Shown here: one piece after another, positions 17,966 to 27,430 of the stretch
How the letters are laid out: each line of letters opens with the position of its first letter
How positions within the stretch are numbered: position 1 is the stretch's first letter
Virus record (IMG/VR): IMGVR_UViG_3300028588_000015
Coordinates: 32,001 to 96,000 of that record
Length of the DNA stretch: 64,000 nt
Source of the DNA: a virus
Taxonomy: Duplodnaviria > Caudoviricetes
Strand: one strand, 5' to 3'
Made by a program: the position numbers and the translations under genes
Notes under the pieces: model-generated
The model's input: only the letters and a program-made list of their open reading frames with translations
The model's database searches: none
What the model was told of the DNA's origin: nothing

Positions 17966-18876
17966 TATTTCAAAGAACGATGCATGAGCTTCTCAATACC
18001 GGCTACCATGTCAGCCAAATGACGTACCACACCGCGCGCTACCCTAAACTCAGCTTCGTCAAATGCATCACGAGTGAAGGGTTCTATTACGTTTTGTTTT
18101 TCGAAAGGTAATTCAAAATAATCTTCATAATGCATTCCGATGCCGTCAAACCCGGTATCCTCTCCGGTTCTGTTGTCCCACAAAGTGGATATGCTTTCTT
18201 CCACGTCATCGAGCATTTCCAGTACAAGGTTAGCCGCTTTCGCGATTTCTTCTTTGGTAAGTGATTTTACATCTGGAGAACGATGCCTGTAATTTGTTTT
18301 ATGTAGGGAGTATCTCATCATTGATGCCCCCTTTTTTTCTTCTAGGAAGTGCCCGCCAGGCAGCTGTTCGATACGTTTCCCTATTTTTGCTAAAGGAGAA
18401 ATGAGTTCTGGCAATTTCTCCTTAAGAGTACTCAGTACATTATCGATGTCTTTTCCATAGACGCCTTTCAATGCACTCTTGGCAAACTCCTCGCGCTGTA
18501 GTGTAATTCTTGCAAAATCGTGACACCAATGTACGATATCTTTACTCCCCTTGGACGCTGCTGAAAGAATCGAAGAATTTAAATGTCCGTTTACTTCAAA
18601 GAGTGGCGCGATATCGTTAACATGTATTAATCCATCAACAGTTTTCTGTTTTTCCAACCAGTCCTTATTACCGTAATATGAATCGATATTGTTTCTCAAT
18701 TCATTGAGGTACTCACGTTCGTCCTCGCCGTGCTGAATTCGGTTAGATAATGATGGCTTATTTGAAAGGAATGGCAATAGCTCATGCATCGCTGATGAAA
18801 AGGATTCTGCGGCGTAGTGCAATGTTTGGTGCTGTTGGTGAACACGCAACAGCGCTTGGCGGATATTCTTGGACAT
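17965..18876 (-). CDS. Hypothetical protein, possibly a divergent internal head protein
   Basis: ATG at 18876 behind GAGGA; AT-rich; AAE motif near the N-terminus; YLNELRNNIDSYYGNKDWL...LFEVNG segment. Confidence 0.6.
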   Translation of the reverse strand: MSKNIRQALLRVHQQHQTLHYAAESFSSAMHELLPFLSNKPSLSNRIQHGEDEREYLNELRNNIDSYYGNKDWLEKQKTVDGLIHVNDIAPLFEVNGHLNSSILSAASKGSKDIVHWCHDFARITLQREEFAKSALKGVYGKDIDNVLSTLKEKLPELISPLAKIGKRIEQLPGGHFLEEKKGASMMRYSLHKTNYRHRSPDVKSLTKEEIAKAANLVLEMLDDVEESISTLWDNRTGEDTGFDGIGMHYEDYFELPFEKQNVIEPFTRDAFDEAEFRVARGVVRHLADMVAGIEKLMHRSLK

Positions 18877-18908
18877 GACTTCCTCGCAATTGGGTAACAT
18901 ACTATTTT

Positions 18909-18955
18909 CGGCATAAGCGCTGGGAGTACCCAGCGCTTATTTTTCTTTTATGTCG
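18909..18955. terminator. Terminator with CGGCATAA and TTTTATGTCG flanks
   Basis: ATAAGCGCTGGG/CCCAGCGCTTAT stem with a T-tract. Confidence 0.7.
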
Positions 18956-18959
18956 TGTT

Positions 18960-19322
18960 CTATTTATCGTGCTTCAAGATGTGGAAGAAGTACCAAGGGT
19001 TTTTCTTGCATTCCTCCAGTATGGCCACCTTCTGCTCTTTTGTCAGATTCGGATTCCACGGATCAAGACTTTCAAGCGCTTTGTTGATGAATGTACGAGG
19101 AACCGGCTTCTTGACAATTGCGTAACCCGCTTTGTCGAGACTGTCGAGCAAACTATTGGCAATGTTGACCGGATCTTCGTCTCCATCATACCATCCGGAT
19201 AACCTTCCATGGTAAGCGCTATCGTTAAATGCCACACCGAGGGTAACGATGTCCTCTTTTTCAGTCTGATGTTGATTCACCTGCAAGTCGAGTAATGCCT
19301 CAGCAGTAATTTCATGACTCAT
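18960..19322 (-). CDS. Small protein with a terminase-large-subunit N-terminal-like motif
   Basis: ATG at 19322 behind AGGAG; C-terminus LDPWNPNLTKEQKVAILEECKKNPWYFF. Confidence 0.6.
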   Translation of the reverse strand: MSHEITAEALLDLQVNQHQTEKEDIVTLGVAFNDSAYHGRLSGWYDGDEDPVNIANSLLDSLDKAGYAIVKKPVPRTFINKALESLDPWNPNLTKEQKVAILEECKKNPWYFFHILKHDK

Positions 19323-19335
19323 GCTTTTACTCCTT

Positions 19336-21192
19336 TTATGCCGCAATTTCTTCTTCAATAGGTGCCGTCACAATTCGGATAGCACCGGGCGGGGTATCGA
19401 CCGTGGCCGGGTAGGCGACTGGACCGATCTTGATGGGTGGTAAACCTTCGTCTTCCAGGAATGCATCCAGGAAGGTATCGGGCTGCGGGCACTTCAGAAT
19501 CACCGTGGCGAATTCCACACAGTTGGTGTGGCCACCCGACAGGTTAATGCCTTGTTCGCGTTGGTCTTCGAACTCCACATCATCGATCCGGTGCAGTTCA
19601 CGCACCGTGGTGTCTTTCGACATGTTAAAGACCGCGCCACCATTCGGGTAACTGGCCGCCACGTCCAAGTCCCCCACGTGGGTATAAATCCGCGTAACCA
19701 TGCTCGGGTAGTCATACAACAACTTCAGTCCGTTCATGGCGATATTACCAGCCGGGAGCGTACAAATCCACCCTTCCACTGGCACGCAGTACTGGTCCAA
19801 TTCGTGGGCCATCTGGTCCGACGTGGTGCCCAAGACATAGCCCTTGGTCTGCACAAAGAAGTGAAGGTTGTCGGCCGAGCAGCGCGGCTGCGACGAGAAG
19901 TCGTGGTAGTCCGAGGCACCCACCATCATTGGCATGGTCAAGCGCAAGTCGTTGGTGTTCTCGTCGAGTAACTCCGGCCCCACACAGTCAAAGACGTTAT
20001 AGATGCTGTATTCGATTTTGTACTGTGTCTGCATGTACTTGTGCCATGCCAGCCCAGATAGGTGGTCGCCCTTGATTCCCTTTAATTTACCGCGTCCTTC
20101 CAAGTGCTTCTTCATGATGGCATCCAGCGCATAGTTGGGTTCATCCGATTCAGCGCCGGTACGGATGCGCTTGTAGGCACACGCTTGGTCAACAAAGTAG
20201 AAGCTCGCTGGACACACGGCCGTATGCCACTGTTCGACCCACTTCAACGGCTTGACCTTGCCGGAAGCTGTGATCATCTTATTCTTGCCCTCGATGTACT
20301 TGAAGTGGCGGTACTTATTGGGCACCAAAGGATCGCAGAAGATGTCTTTAGGGTCCACGTTGGCTTTGGCAAGCGTCAACAGGACTTTGGGCAAGTCGAA
20401 GTTGATGTTCCAGATCGCCACAAAGTCAGGCTTCCATTCGTGCGCTCGTTGGAATACCCGGCGCACGATTTCGACGGGACCATTAACGATCACGACTTCC
20501 CAGTCAATCTTTCTTTTTTCTTTGTCCTCGGCCATGTAGGTTTCAAACGCGGCCAACAACTGACGGATGGGTTCAGGCATGGTACCCATGAACTTCTCGT
20601 CAATGGCCGTAATGATGCGTTTTTTGTACGACAAGCTGGCCATGATGATTTCTTCTGTACCATGAACCACATCAGTTTCAATATCGAACACCGAGACCGT
20701 GGACGGTGTCGTGACGTGGTTGAAACGTTGCTGGTACGTCCGTTTGATCAGGGTCGACGATTTGATGTCGGCGCCATAGATCCAGGGATTGCGTAGCATC
20801 TGGCGCAGGCCGCCATTGACGCTACGCGGTGCGTCAAACCATTTGGGAAAGCGCGGGTTTGGTTGCATGGTCGAGAGCACCTGGGCAATCCGGTGCTTCA
20901 GTTTCGACTGCGTGGTCGTGAAGCGGTCGAGCTTTTCCTTCTTTTCCCATTCCTTCTTTTCCAGGTGATTCTGCCAACCCGTCTTGGTTACATAGAAAGG
21001 GCGTTCATAGTTTTCGATCACGACAGTACGGGGTTCTACCCGACCGTCTTTGTAGGTTACCACTTCCTTGACAAGGTGATAGTCGTTACGCATGCCCATC
21101 GGGGCTTCGCAAAATACCACGTGACGGGCTTCGATACTCTGAATGTCACTGGGTACATTCTTGAGGTACTGAATGAGGTCTTTGATAATCAT
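19336..21192 (-). CDS. Split family-B DNA polymerase, exonuclease plus motif-A subunit (phiKZ gp82-like)
   Basis: ExoI VFDIETD, ExoII WNINFDLP, ExoIII YNVFDC, motif A DLDVAASYP; motifs B and C are absent. Confidence 0.85.
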   Translation of the reverse strand: MIIKDLIQYLKNVPSDIQSIEARHVVFCEAPMGMRNDYHLVKEVVTYKDGRVEPRTVVIENYERPFYVTKTGWQNHLEKKEWEKKEKLDRFTTTQSKLKHRIAQVLSTMQPNPRFPKWFDAPRSVNGGLRQMLRNPWIYGADIKSSTLIKRTYQQRFNHVTTPSTVSVFDIETDVVHGTEEIIMASLSYKKRIITAIDEKFMGTMPEPIRQLLAAFETYMAEDKEKRKIDWEVVIVNGPVEIVRRVFQRAHEWKPDFVAIWNINFDLPKVLLTLAKANVDPKDIFCDPLVPNKYRHFKYIEGKNKMITASGKVKPLKWVEQWHTAVCPASFYFVDQACAYKRIRTGAESDEPNYALDAIMKKHLEGRGKLKGIKGDHLSGLAWHKYMQTQYKIEYSIYNVFDCVGPELLDENTNDLRLTMPMMVGASDYHDFSSQPRCSADNLHFFVQTKGYVLGTTSDQMAHELDQYCVPVEGWICTLPAGNIAMNGLKLLYDYPSMVTRIYTHVGDLDVAASYPNGGAVFNMSKDTTVRELHRIDDVEFEDQREQGINLSGGHTNCVEFATVILKCPQPDTFLDAFLEDEGLPPIKIGPVAYPATVDTPPGAIRIVTAPIEEEIAA

Positions 21193-21339
21193 AAGCGTAA
21201 TCTTCTTGTTGGCTACACAAATCGGTAATCTCTATGAGTTTCCACTACTTTTTTGTATAGCAGTGTGCTCGGTCAGAATATCTACCGAGCTTGTTATATT
21301 TGACTTAACCAGCTAATATCGGCCTGAGGACAATCCCCC

Positions 21340-22566
21340 ATGCGTATCATGCAAACCAGCTTAGAGTCGGTTGCGTTCCAGTCCACCCAGTTCCGCGACG
21401 AACTGACGGTGGCAATGGAAGCACTCGACGGCCTTGATCCCAAAAAAGTTTCCGACAGCGAACAAGAAGAACGCCTCGGTAAGCTGATTCGGGAATACAC
21501 CGGCATCAACGCCGCAGTTTCGTTCGGCCAGCATATGCCGGCCGTGAAGGTGCCAGACATCAATAAGAATCACAGTCTCATCAACAACTACGTGCGCAAT
21601 TACGTGCTCGGCGCTGACGGCCTGGCAATGCTGCAAAAGAACGATGGCGTCATGCGCGGTGGGATTGACTTGGTGCGCAACAAAGTTTCGGGCGTGTTCA
21701 CTGAATTCCCCGTGATCATCGTGATGCCTGTGTCGATGCTCAAAAGTAACTACACTGCCCGTGAGAAAGCTGCCATCGTCCTGCACGAAGTCGGCCACGT
21801 GTTCTACTTCTACGCATTGATGGCCAACCTCGCCACCACCAACCAAGCCCTGGAATCGATGTCGAAAGCCCTCGACCAGTCCGGCTCGGTGGAGCAGCGC
21901 GAGGTCGTGCTGCTGTCCGTCAAGAAAGCGCTCAAGCTTGACAACCTGAACGAAAAGGAATTGGCCAAGTCGACCGACAAGAAAATCGTCGAAGCTGTCG
22001 TACTGTGTTCGGTGACCCAGCAGTCGCGCAGTCAACTCGGCCGTAGCATTTACGACAGCACCGGCTTCGAGTACCTGGCTGACCAGTACGCCGCGCGCTG
22101 CGGTGCCTACCGTGACTTGGTGACGGGTCTGGAAAAGCTGTACAAAGGCTACCACAACATCTCGTTCCGCAGCTTGCCGACCTACATGTTTGTCGAAGCG
22201 GTAAAGATTTCCTTCCTGTTTTTTGCGCCCTTGGTCACGATCCTGTTGTGCGCGATGGACGGCAACGACGACCGCTACGACCGTCCGGGTGCACGCATGC
22301 TGCGTATCCGCAGCCAGATCATCGAGAACCTCAAGGACCGCGATCTCGACAAGGAAGACGTTGTGCGTTTGGAAGAAGACCTGAAAGTCATCGACCAGGT
22401 GCTCGAAGGCGTCAACGACCGCCGCCAATTCTTCGGTGTGCTGTGGGATGTACTGAGCCCGTCCGCCCGCAAGGATCGCAATTACACCCATCTGCAACAA
22501 GAACTCGAAAGCCTCGCCACCAACGATCTGTTCGCCAAAGCAGCTCAGCTGCGGGTGACTGCATAA
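21340..22566 (+). CDS. Virion head protein with an HExxH metallopeptidase-like motif
   Basis: TSLE processing-like site; AAIVLHEVGH followed by EYLADQYAAR; first gene of the head cluster. Confidence 0.7.
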   Translation: MRIMQTSLESVAFQSTQFRDELTVAMEALDGLDPKKVSDSEQEERLGKLIREYTGINAAVSFGQHMPAVKVPDINKNHSLINNYVRNYVLGADGLAMLQKNDGVMRGGIDLVRNKVSGVFTEFPVIIVMPVSMLKSNYTAREKAAIVLHEVGHVFYFYALMANLATTNQALESMSKALDQSGSVEQREVVLLSVKKALKLDNLNEKELAKSTDKKIVEAVVLCSVTQQSRSQLGRSIYDSTGFEYLADQYAARCGAYRDLVTGLEKLYKGYHNISFRSLPTYMFVEAVKISFLFFAPLVTILLCAMDGNDDRYDRPGARMLRIRSQIIENLKDRDLDKEDVVRLEEDLKVIDQVLEGVNDRRQFFGVLWDVLSPSARKDRNYTHLQQELESLATNDLFAKAAQLRVTA

Positions 22567-22583
22567 AACACCAAGGAATCAGC

Positions 22584-23060
22584 ATGAAACAACATTACAT
22601 CGAATTCGTCACCCAAGCTCAACACCAAGTCGTCGAGCCACTGCTGCGCTCGCGTATCATCGCCGCAGCGGTGGCCGTGGCTGTCGCTCAGGCCAATCCG
22701 CTGCCAAGTAGCGAAGTCAGTCACGCCGGGGAATACTTCACGAACCAAGTGATGCCGGCGGCGATGAACGCCATTTCCGAATTTAACGAGAACGTGGTGT
22801 TCGACACCCGGTACGCGCTCGACATCGTGCGCCAACTCTGGCAGCTGCGCTACTGGACGGCGTTCCAGCAAACGGAAAACATCATCCTCAAGGGCGAATG
22901 TTTCTTCTCGTCCTACACAGGGATCGACGTCGTCATCTCCGACGCGGTGCGTGCATTCATGGATCAGAATGCGAAGACCGTCGTCAGTCTGTCCCTGTTC
23001 GCTGGCGATGCACTTCGCAACCGTACTGCGACGCAAACTGCCACCTTTATCGGGGGTTAA
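22584..23060 (+). CDS. Probable virion protein
   Basis: ATG at 22584 behind AAGGA; 158 aa inside the head gene block. Confidence 0.6.
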   Translation: MKQHYIEFVTQAQHQVVEPLLRSRIIAAAVAVAVAQANPLPSSEVSHAGEYFTNQVMPAAMNAISEFNENVVFDTRYALDIVRQLWQLRYWTAFQQTENIILKGECFFSSYTGIDVVISDAVRAFMDQNAKTVVSLSLFAGDALRNRTATQTATFIGG

Positions 23061-23063
23061 ACG

Positions 23064-24488
23064 ATGTTGCAAAATCTGAATGCAGGTTCGGAATTGCACG
23101 CCGAACCGGAAGACGCGCAAGTAGACGTGATCGACCTGAACCAAGACAACGAGAGTTTCATCGCAATGGAAGCGGCTCTGGCCGATTTGATCGGTTTGTC
23201 GATCGACATCCGTGGCACTGGTGGCATGTCGCGCGGGTTCGCTATGGAAGCGCAGCGCATCATGCCCGAGGTGCTTTCCTCCCCGATCGGCTACTTCAGC
23301 GTATCGCCGAGCGCAACCCAATACCGCGTCTCGCTCGAAGAAATCGACAAAGGCGTCTGGGCGCTCATCATCGCCGGCGTGACCGTTGTCATCGGCGCCA
23401 TCTACAAAATCTGGAAGTGGCTCTCGGGCGACAAAGATGGTGATGGTAACGGCGCCACGGCTGCCGCCAAGTTCGAAGGTAAGGTCGAGGAAGTCAAAGC
23501 CACCAGCGAGGGCACGATGGAAATGGCCTCCGGCATGGTCGATGTCGGTCGTGAGGTGCGTTCCAACCCGATCCAGTTCCAAGGCAAGGACGGTACGGTG
23601 CGCTGGAACAGCATGGACCAACTCATCGACACGGTGTTCGTCAACGAAGATCGCTACGGGGAAGAAAAGAAGTTCTTCCTGACCCCGCGCCCAATCCACC
23701 GCGACATCGTCGAACATGGTCCCTACAGCAAGATGATCGAGCATCTGGCCAAAGGACATGTGTTCAGCAAAGTTGCCGAAGTCATCAAGCAAAAAATCAA
23801 GTTGCTCGAAGACATCGAACACCGTGACCGCAATGCGCAGGGACAGCAGGTGCCGGGTTTGAATAACGAACTCGACCAGATCGCCAAGCCGATCACGGTG
23901 CGTTACGAAGGCGCGGAAATGACCTTGCAGCAATTGGGGTCGAAATTGCGCGGCGCGCGGGAAGGGGCCGAGGCAACGAAAAACACGCATCGTCTGCACT
24001 ACGATGAAATGTACACCAAGGTCGGTAATGTCTACAAGAATAACGACTTGGTCGAATTGCTCAAGCAAGTGATCAACTACCTGCCGGTGCTCGACGAAAT
24101 GCGCCACGGCTTGGAAGCGACCCAGCGTTACGTCGGCGATGTCACCCAAGACGGCCAACCCGGCGGCAACTCACCACAGGTGGCGCAGCGTATCCGCGCC
24201 CTCATCACCTCCATGCACGACCAACTCGCGGGCTTTGCGGCGCTTGCCAACGAGATCGAGCATTACGTCCATCACTTCAAGAGCTTGTCGCAAACCGCCG
24301 CAGGCTTCGGTAAAGAGATCGTGCGTAAGGTGAGTATCCTGATGAAAGCGGCCGAAGTGGAAGAAATTCCGGTCGAGTGGAAAAAGATCGTCGCAGGTAT
24401 CGAAGCGGCGAACGAAGCCATGGAAAAGAGCCACTTCCCCAGTGGTGCCCATGCCCACAACTTGGCACGCGTCTGGCGTAATCGGTAA
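23064..24488 (+). CDS. Processed internal head protein
   Basis: Acidic N-terminus with AME, AME and SLE motifs (phiKZ gp175-type S/A/G-x-E cleavage consensus). Confidence 0.7.
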   Translation: MLQNLNAGSELHAEPEDAQVDVIDLNQDNESFIAMEAALADLIGLSIDIRGTGGMSRGFAMEAQRIMPEVLSSPIGYFSVSPSATQYRVSLEEIDKGVWALIIAGVTVVIGAIYKIWKWLSGDKDGDGNGATAAAKFEGKVEEVKATSEGTMEMASGMVDVGREVRSNPIQFQGKDGTVRWNSMDQLIDTVFVNEDRYGEEKKFFLTPRPIHRDIVEHGPYSKMIEHLAKGHVFSKVAEVIKQKIKLLEDIEHRDRNAQGQQVPGLNNELDQIAKPITVRYEGAEMTLQQLGSKLRGAREGAEATKNTHRLHYDEMYTKVGNVYKNNDLVELLKQVINYLPVLDEMRHGLEATQRYVGDVTQDGQPGGNSPQVAQRIRALITSMHDQLAGFAALANEIEHYVHHFKSLSQTAAGFGKEIVRKVSILMKAAEVEEIPVEWKKIVAGIEAANEAMEKSHFPSGAHAHNLARVWRNR

Positions 24489-24489
24489 T

Positions 24490-24537
24490 AAAACCCCCTG
24501 GCCTACCTTATGGTAACGCCAGGGGGTTTTATGCCGC
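24490..24537. terminator. Bidirectional terminator plus TTTTATGCCGC
   Basis: AAAACCCCCTGGC/GCCAGGGGGTTTT 13-bp stem between convergent genes. Confidence 0.75.
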
Positions 24538-24538
24538 A

Positions 24539-27430
24539 TTATAGCAGTTCGAGTCGTTCGTACTCCACCGTCACTGATTCCTGGGTGAAGAGCGTGCCGT
24601 CCGGGAGTGCCACCAACACCTTACGCAAACTGCATCGGGTGGCGTTGTCAAGCACACGCAGGCTGGTCAGGTTATTGTCGCCACCCAAACCGGTCACTTT
24701 CATGTTGACAACATCGGTGCCGTACTGCAAAGACAATGCCGCCATGATCGCATTGTCCGACACGGTTTCTTCTTCCAGCAGTGCACTCAGGATTTTGATG
24801 GTGGTGGCCGTCAGTTGCTTTTTGAGTGCCTCATTGCGATACACTAGGTCAGGCACTTGCAGCCGCACCTTGAAGTCTTGCGCCGCTTCGATGGTCTTGG
24901 TTACCCCATCGCCCACGAGAACGTTGATCATTCCCATCGTGGTTTTCGGATAGAAGTAGATGCGGGTTTTGTCCAGCACTTTCTTCGAGATATCCGACAG
25001 ATCATCCACGAGCCAGCTGACCAGTTTCTTGGTCAATTCTTGGCGGTAGTTCACAGCACTCACGTCGGTAGCAAACCAGTACGTACCGTCGATCAAGAAC
25101 AAGTCAACCATCCGTCGCAGGCTGCGACTCACGACCGGAATCGGATTGTTGTTGGCGTCGAGTACCACGTCACCTTTACGGTGTTTATAGATGGGGTTGC
25201 CGTTGCCATCCAGTACCGGATCACCGCGCTGGTGGAGTACTTCCATCACGATTTGACCGTCGCCATCGAACGAGATGATCGAACCCGACGCATCGGCTTT
25301 GTACACATCGTTCTCGTAGTACATCTGTTCGTCGGTGGTGTATTTTTGGTAGACCACGCCTTCGGTGTAGCTGCGGCTGCGTGCCCACAGCGTTTTGAGG
25401 GCATCCCCGAATTTGATCTTCACCGTTTCATGTGTGACCCCGATGATGCTTTCCGGCAGATAGACACGGCCGAGTAAGGTGTCGATCGTGGCGGGTGACC
25501 ACTGCGCGTCCATTGGTTCGTCGACACTATAAAGGATGTCGAAGTTGGTGGTCAGCTCGGCGTTAGTGACTTTGTACTCGTTGCTGTACATCAGGAACGT
25601 GGTCAATTGCAGCAGGTTATCGCTGGTCACATTGAAGTTAGTGGCCAGGTCAAATTCGTAGACCCGTTCATTGTTGCCAGCCCGACCTAGGTACGTACCG
25701 TTCAGGTAGGCGCGGTCTTTCTCGCCATCGGGGATGTATGCCAGCTGAACGTATACCTTGCTATCGTCCAAGGCCAGGAAGGCTTCTGACGACGTGGTGA
25801 TAATTTGCAAGGTGTATCCATTGGCTGTGCGGAAGATACCGTACTTGGCGGTTGACACTTGGAGCAGGGTCGTGGGGTTTTCTTCCTCGAACGACTTGGT
25901 GACCGCCAGCGGCGCATCCAAGTAGTACGCCCGCATGTCAAATTCGTTACCACTGCTGTCCAGTACGTAGTGGAATGGCGTAAAACGCCACTTCGAACCA
26001 CTGACAGCCAGCGCCTGCTTTTCCGCGCTCATGCCCAAAATCGTATTGATTTCAGCTGCCGCCACAGGGGTCGTGATGCCGTTGTCTTGACGGTACAGCG
26101 TTTGCGGTGTGATGGTGATCGAATCGCCATTGTTGACCACGGTATCGAGCTGGGCCGCTTTCTCCATATCGATCGCAATGGTCTCGATACTGGCAGCGGC
26201 CGCAGTGATCAAGCGCTCATCCGACGGTGTCGGCATGCTCTTGGTGGCCAGGAACACGCGTTCAGTAATGTTATCCACTTCCAACACCACACCGTAACCG
26301 TTTTGTTCCAGCTTGGTTTCGATTTGTACAGTCGAGATCGGGTACTCGATTTCCCCGCCCGTGGAGTTCTTCATCACTCGTTGCCGCAAGACACTCAAAT
26401 CCAGTGCGGCCGAGCCACCGCTTGTGGTGCCGACCGAGTACGGAATCAACTGCTGGAAGCTCGCCATTGGCGCTGTGAAGACGGTGTCGTCACGTTTGTC
26501 GTAGTTGATCCACGTTGCTCCGAATTTGTCCGCCGGGTAGTTCGATAGGTCCAGATCGAGCGCGCCCATGGTCTCGTACATATCGACCCGCACTTTCTTG
26601 CTGTTCAAAATGGTACGGGTGTAGATTTGCGGGATGCGAACATTCAGCGCACCTGCTGCCACTTTCAATACGGCGGTCACGACAGTGGGATCATAAACTT
26701 GACTGGTGTGCGTGGTCGCGATCTCGGTCCAACCGTCAGCAGTCTCCACGTAAACGCGGGCGTAGTAAAACGACTGTTTGAGGGGCATCGCCATCGAAAA
26801 CTCTTTACCGCGCGAGATGTCGTCTTGTTTGCTCTCGATGCTGAATTGCTGCACGTCGAACGACAGCCGCACCCAACGCACCCCGCCGTCGCCTTCTGCG
26901 TATTCCCAGTCCACCTGATTGGTGGCAAGGGTTTGTAGGGGCGATGGTTTCGAGACATCGTACACCACGCGCAAGCCTTCGTGTTGCAGCTGGCGAATCT
27001 CGATGGGGTACTGCAAGGAGAAGATATACCCTGCTGCCGTGAAGAACGAATTGCGTGGGATTACGACCTTACGGCTTTTGGTCGATGGTTCCTCGACCAT
27101 GCGGTTAAGCAATTCGTCTTCGGCAATCAGAATACTGAAACGTGCCGTACTCGGTGCGGCAAAGCGACCCACGTAATCTTTATCCGACATGTGGAGGTAC
27201 AGGTCGTTTTCTGTTTGTGCCAACTGCGGATACAGCTTACGCATGACCGACTCGTGCTGATCCATGAACGCCGTGTACGTGCAGGCCACCGACTCCATGA
27301 GTTGCACCACCGGGTTGGTGGGGTCTACATAGTTGGCGTCTTTGACCAGTGCCAAGAGGTCCCGCTGTACACGAGTGGGGTCGTACTGGTATGCGATCAA
27401 GTTCGCCACAATGGTATCACGGCTACTCAT
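24539..27430 (-). CDS. Large virion structural protein, probable baseplate wedge (phiKZ gp87-like)
   Basis: 963 aa, beta-rich; size and position match the phiKZ gp87-88 divergent pair. Confidence 0.65.
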   Translation of the reverse strand: MSSRDTIVANLIAYQYDPTRVQRDLLALVKDANYVDPTNPVVQLMESVACTYTAFMDQHESVMRKLYPQLAQTENDLYLHMSDKDYVGRFAAPSTARFSILIAEDELLNRMVEEPSTKSRKVVIPRNSFFTAAGYIFSLQYPIEIRQLQHEGLRVVYDVSKPSPLQTLATNQVDWEYAEGDGGVRWVRLSFDVQQFSIESKQDDISRGKEFSMAMPLKQSFYYARVYVETADGWTEIATTHTSQVYDPTVVTAVLKVAAGALNVRIPQIYTRTILNSKKVRVDMYETMGALDLDLSNYPADKFGATWINYDKRDDTVFTAPMASFQQLIPYSVGTTSGGSAALDLSVLRQRVMKNSTGGEIEYPISTVQIETKLEQNGYGVVLEVDNITERVFLATKSMPTPSDERLITAAAASIETIAIDMEKAAQLDTVVNNGDSITITPQTLYRQDNGITTPVAAAEINTILGMSAEKQALAVSGSKWRFTPFHYVLDSSGNEFDMRAYYLDAPLAVTKSFEEENPTTLLQVSTAKYGIFRTANGYTLQIITTSSEAFLALDDSKVYVQLAYIPDGEKDRAYLNGTYLGRAGNNERVYEFDLATNFNVTSDNLLQLTTFLMYSNEYKVTNAELTTNFDILYSVDEPMDAQWSPATIDTLLGRVYLPESIIGVTHETVKIKFGDALKTLWARSRSYTEGVVYQKYTTDEQMYYENDVYKADASGSIISFDGDGQIVMEVLHQRGDPVLDGNGNPIYKHRKGDVVLDANNNPIPVVSRSLRRMVDLFLIDGTYWFATDVSAVNYRQELTKKLVSWLVDDLSDISKKVLDKTRIYFYPKTTMGMINVLVGDGVTKTIEAAQDFKVRLQVPDLVYRNEALKKQLTATTIKILSALLEEETVSDNAIMAALSLQYGTDVVNMKVTGLGGDNNLTSLRVLDNATRCSLRKVLVALPDGTLFTQESVTVEYERLELL

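Noticed and set aside
21361-24158. Long minus-strand ORFs (379 aa, 537 aa) opposite the head genes
   Set aside because: Antisense shadows of codon-biased plus-strand genes; no RBS and unnatural composition.
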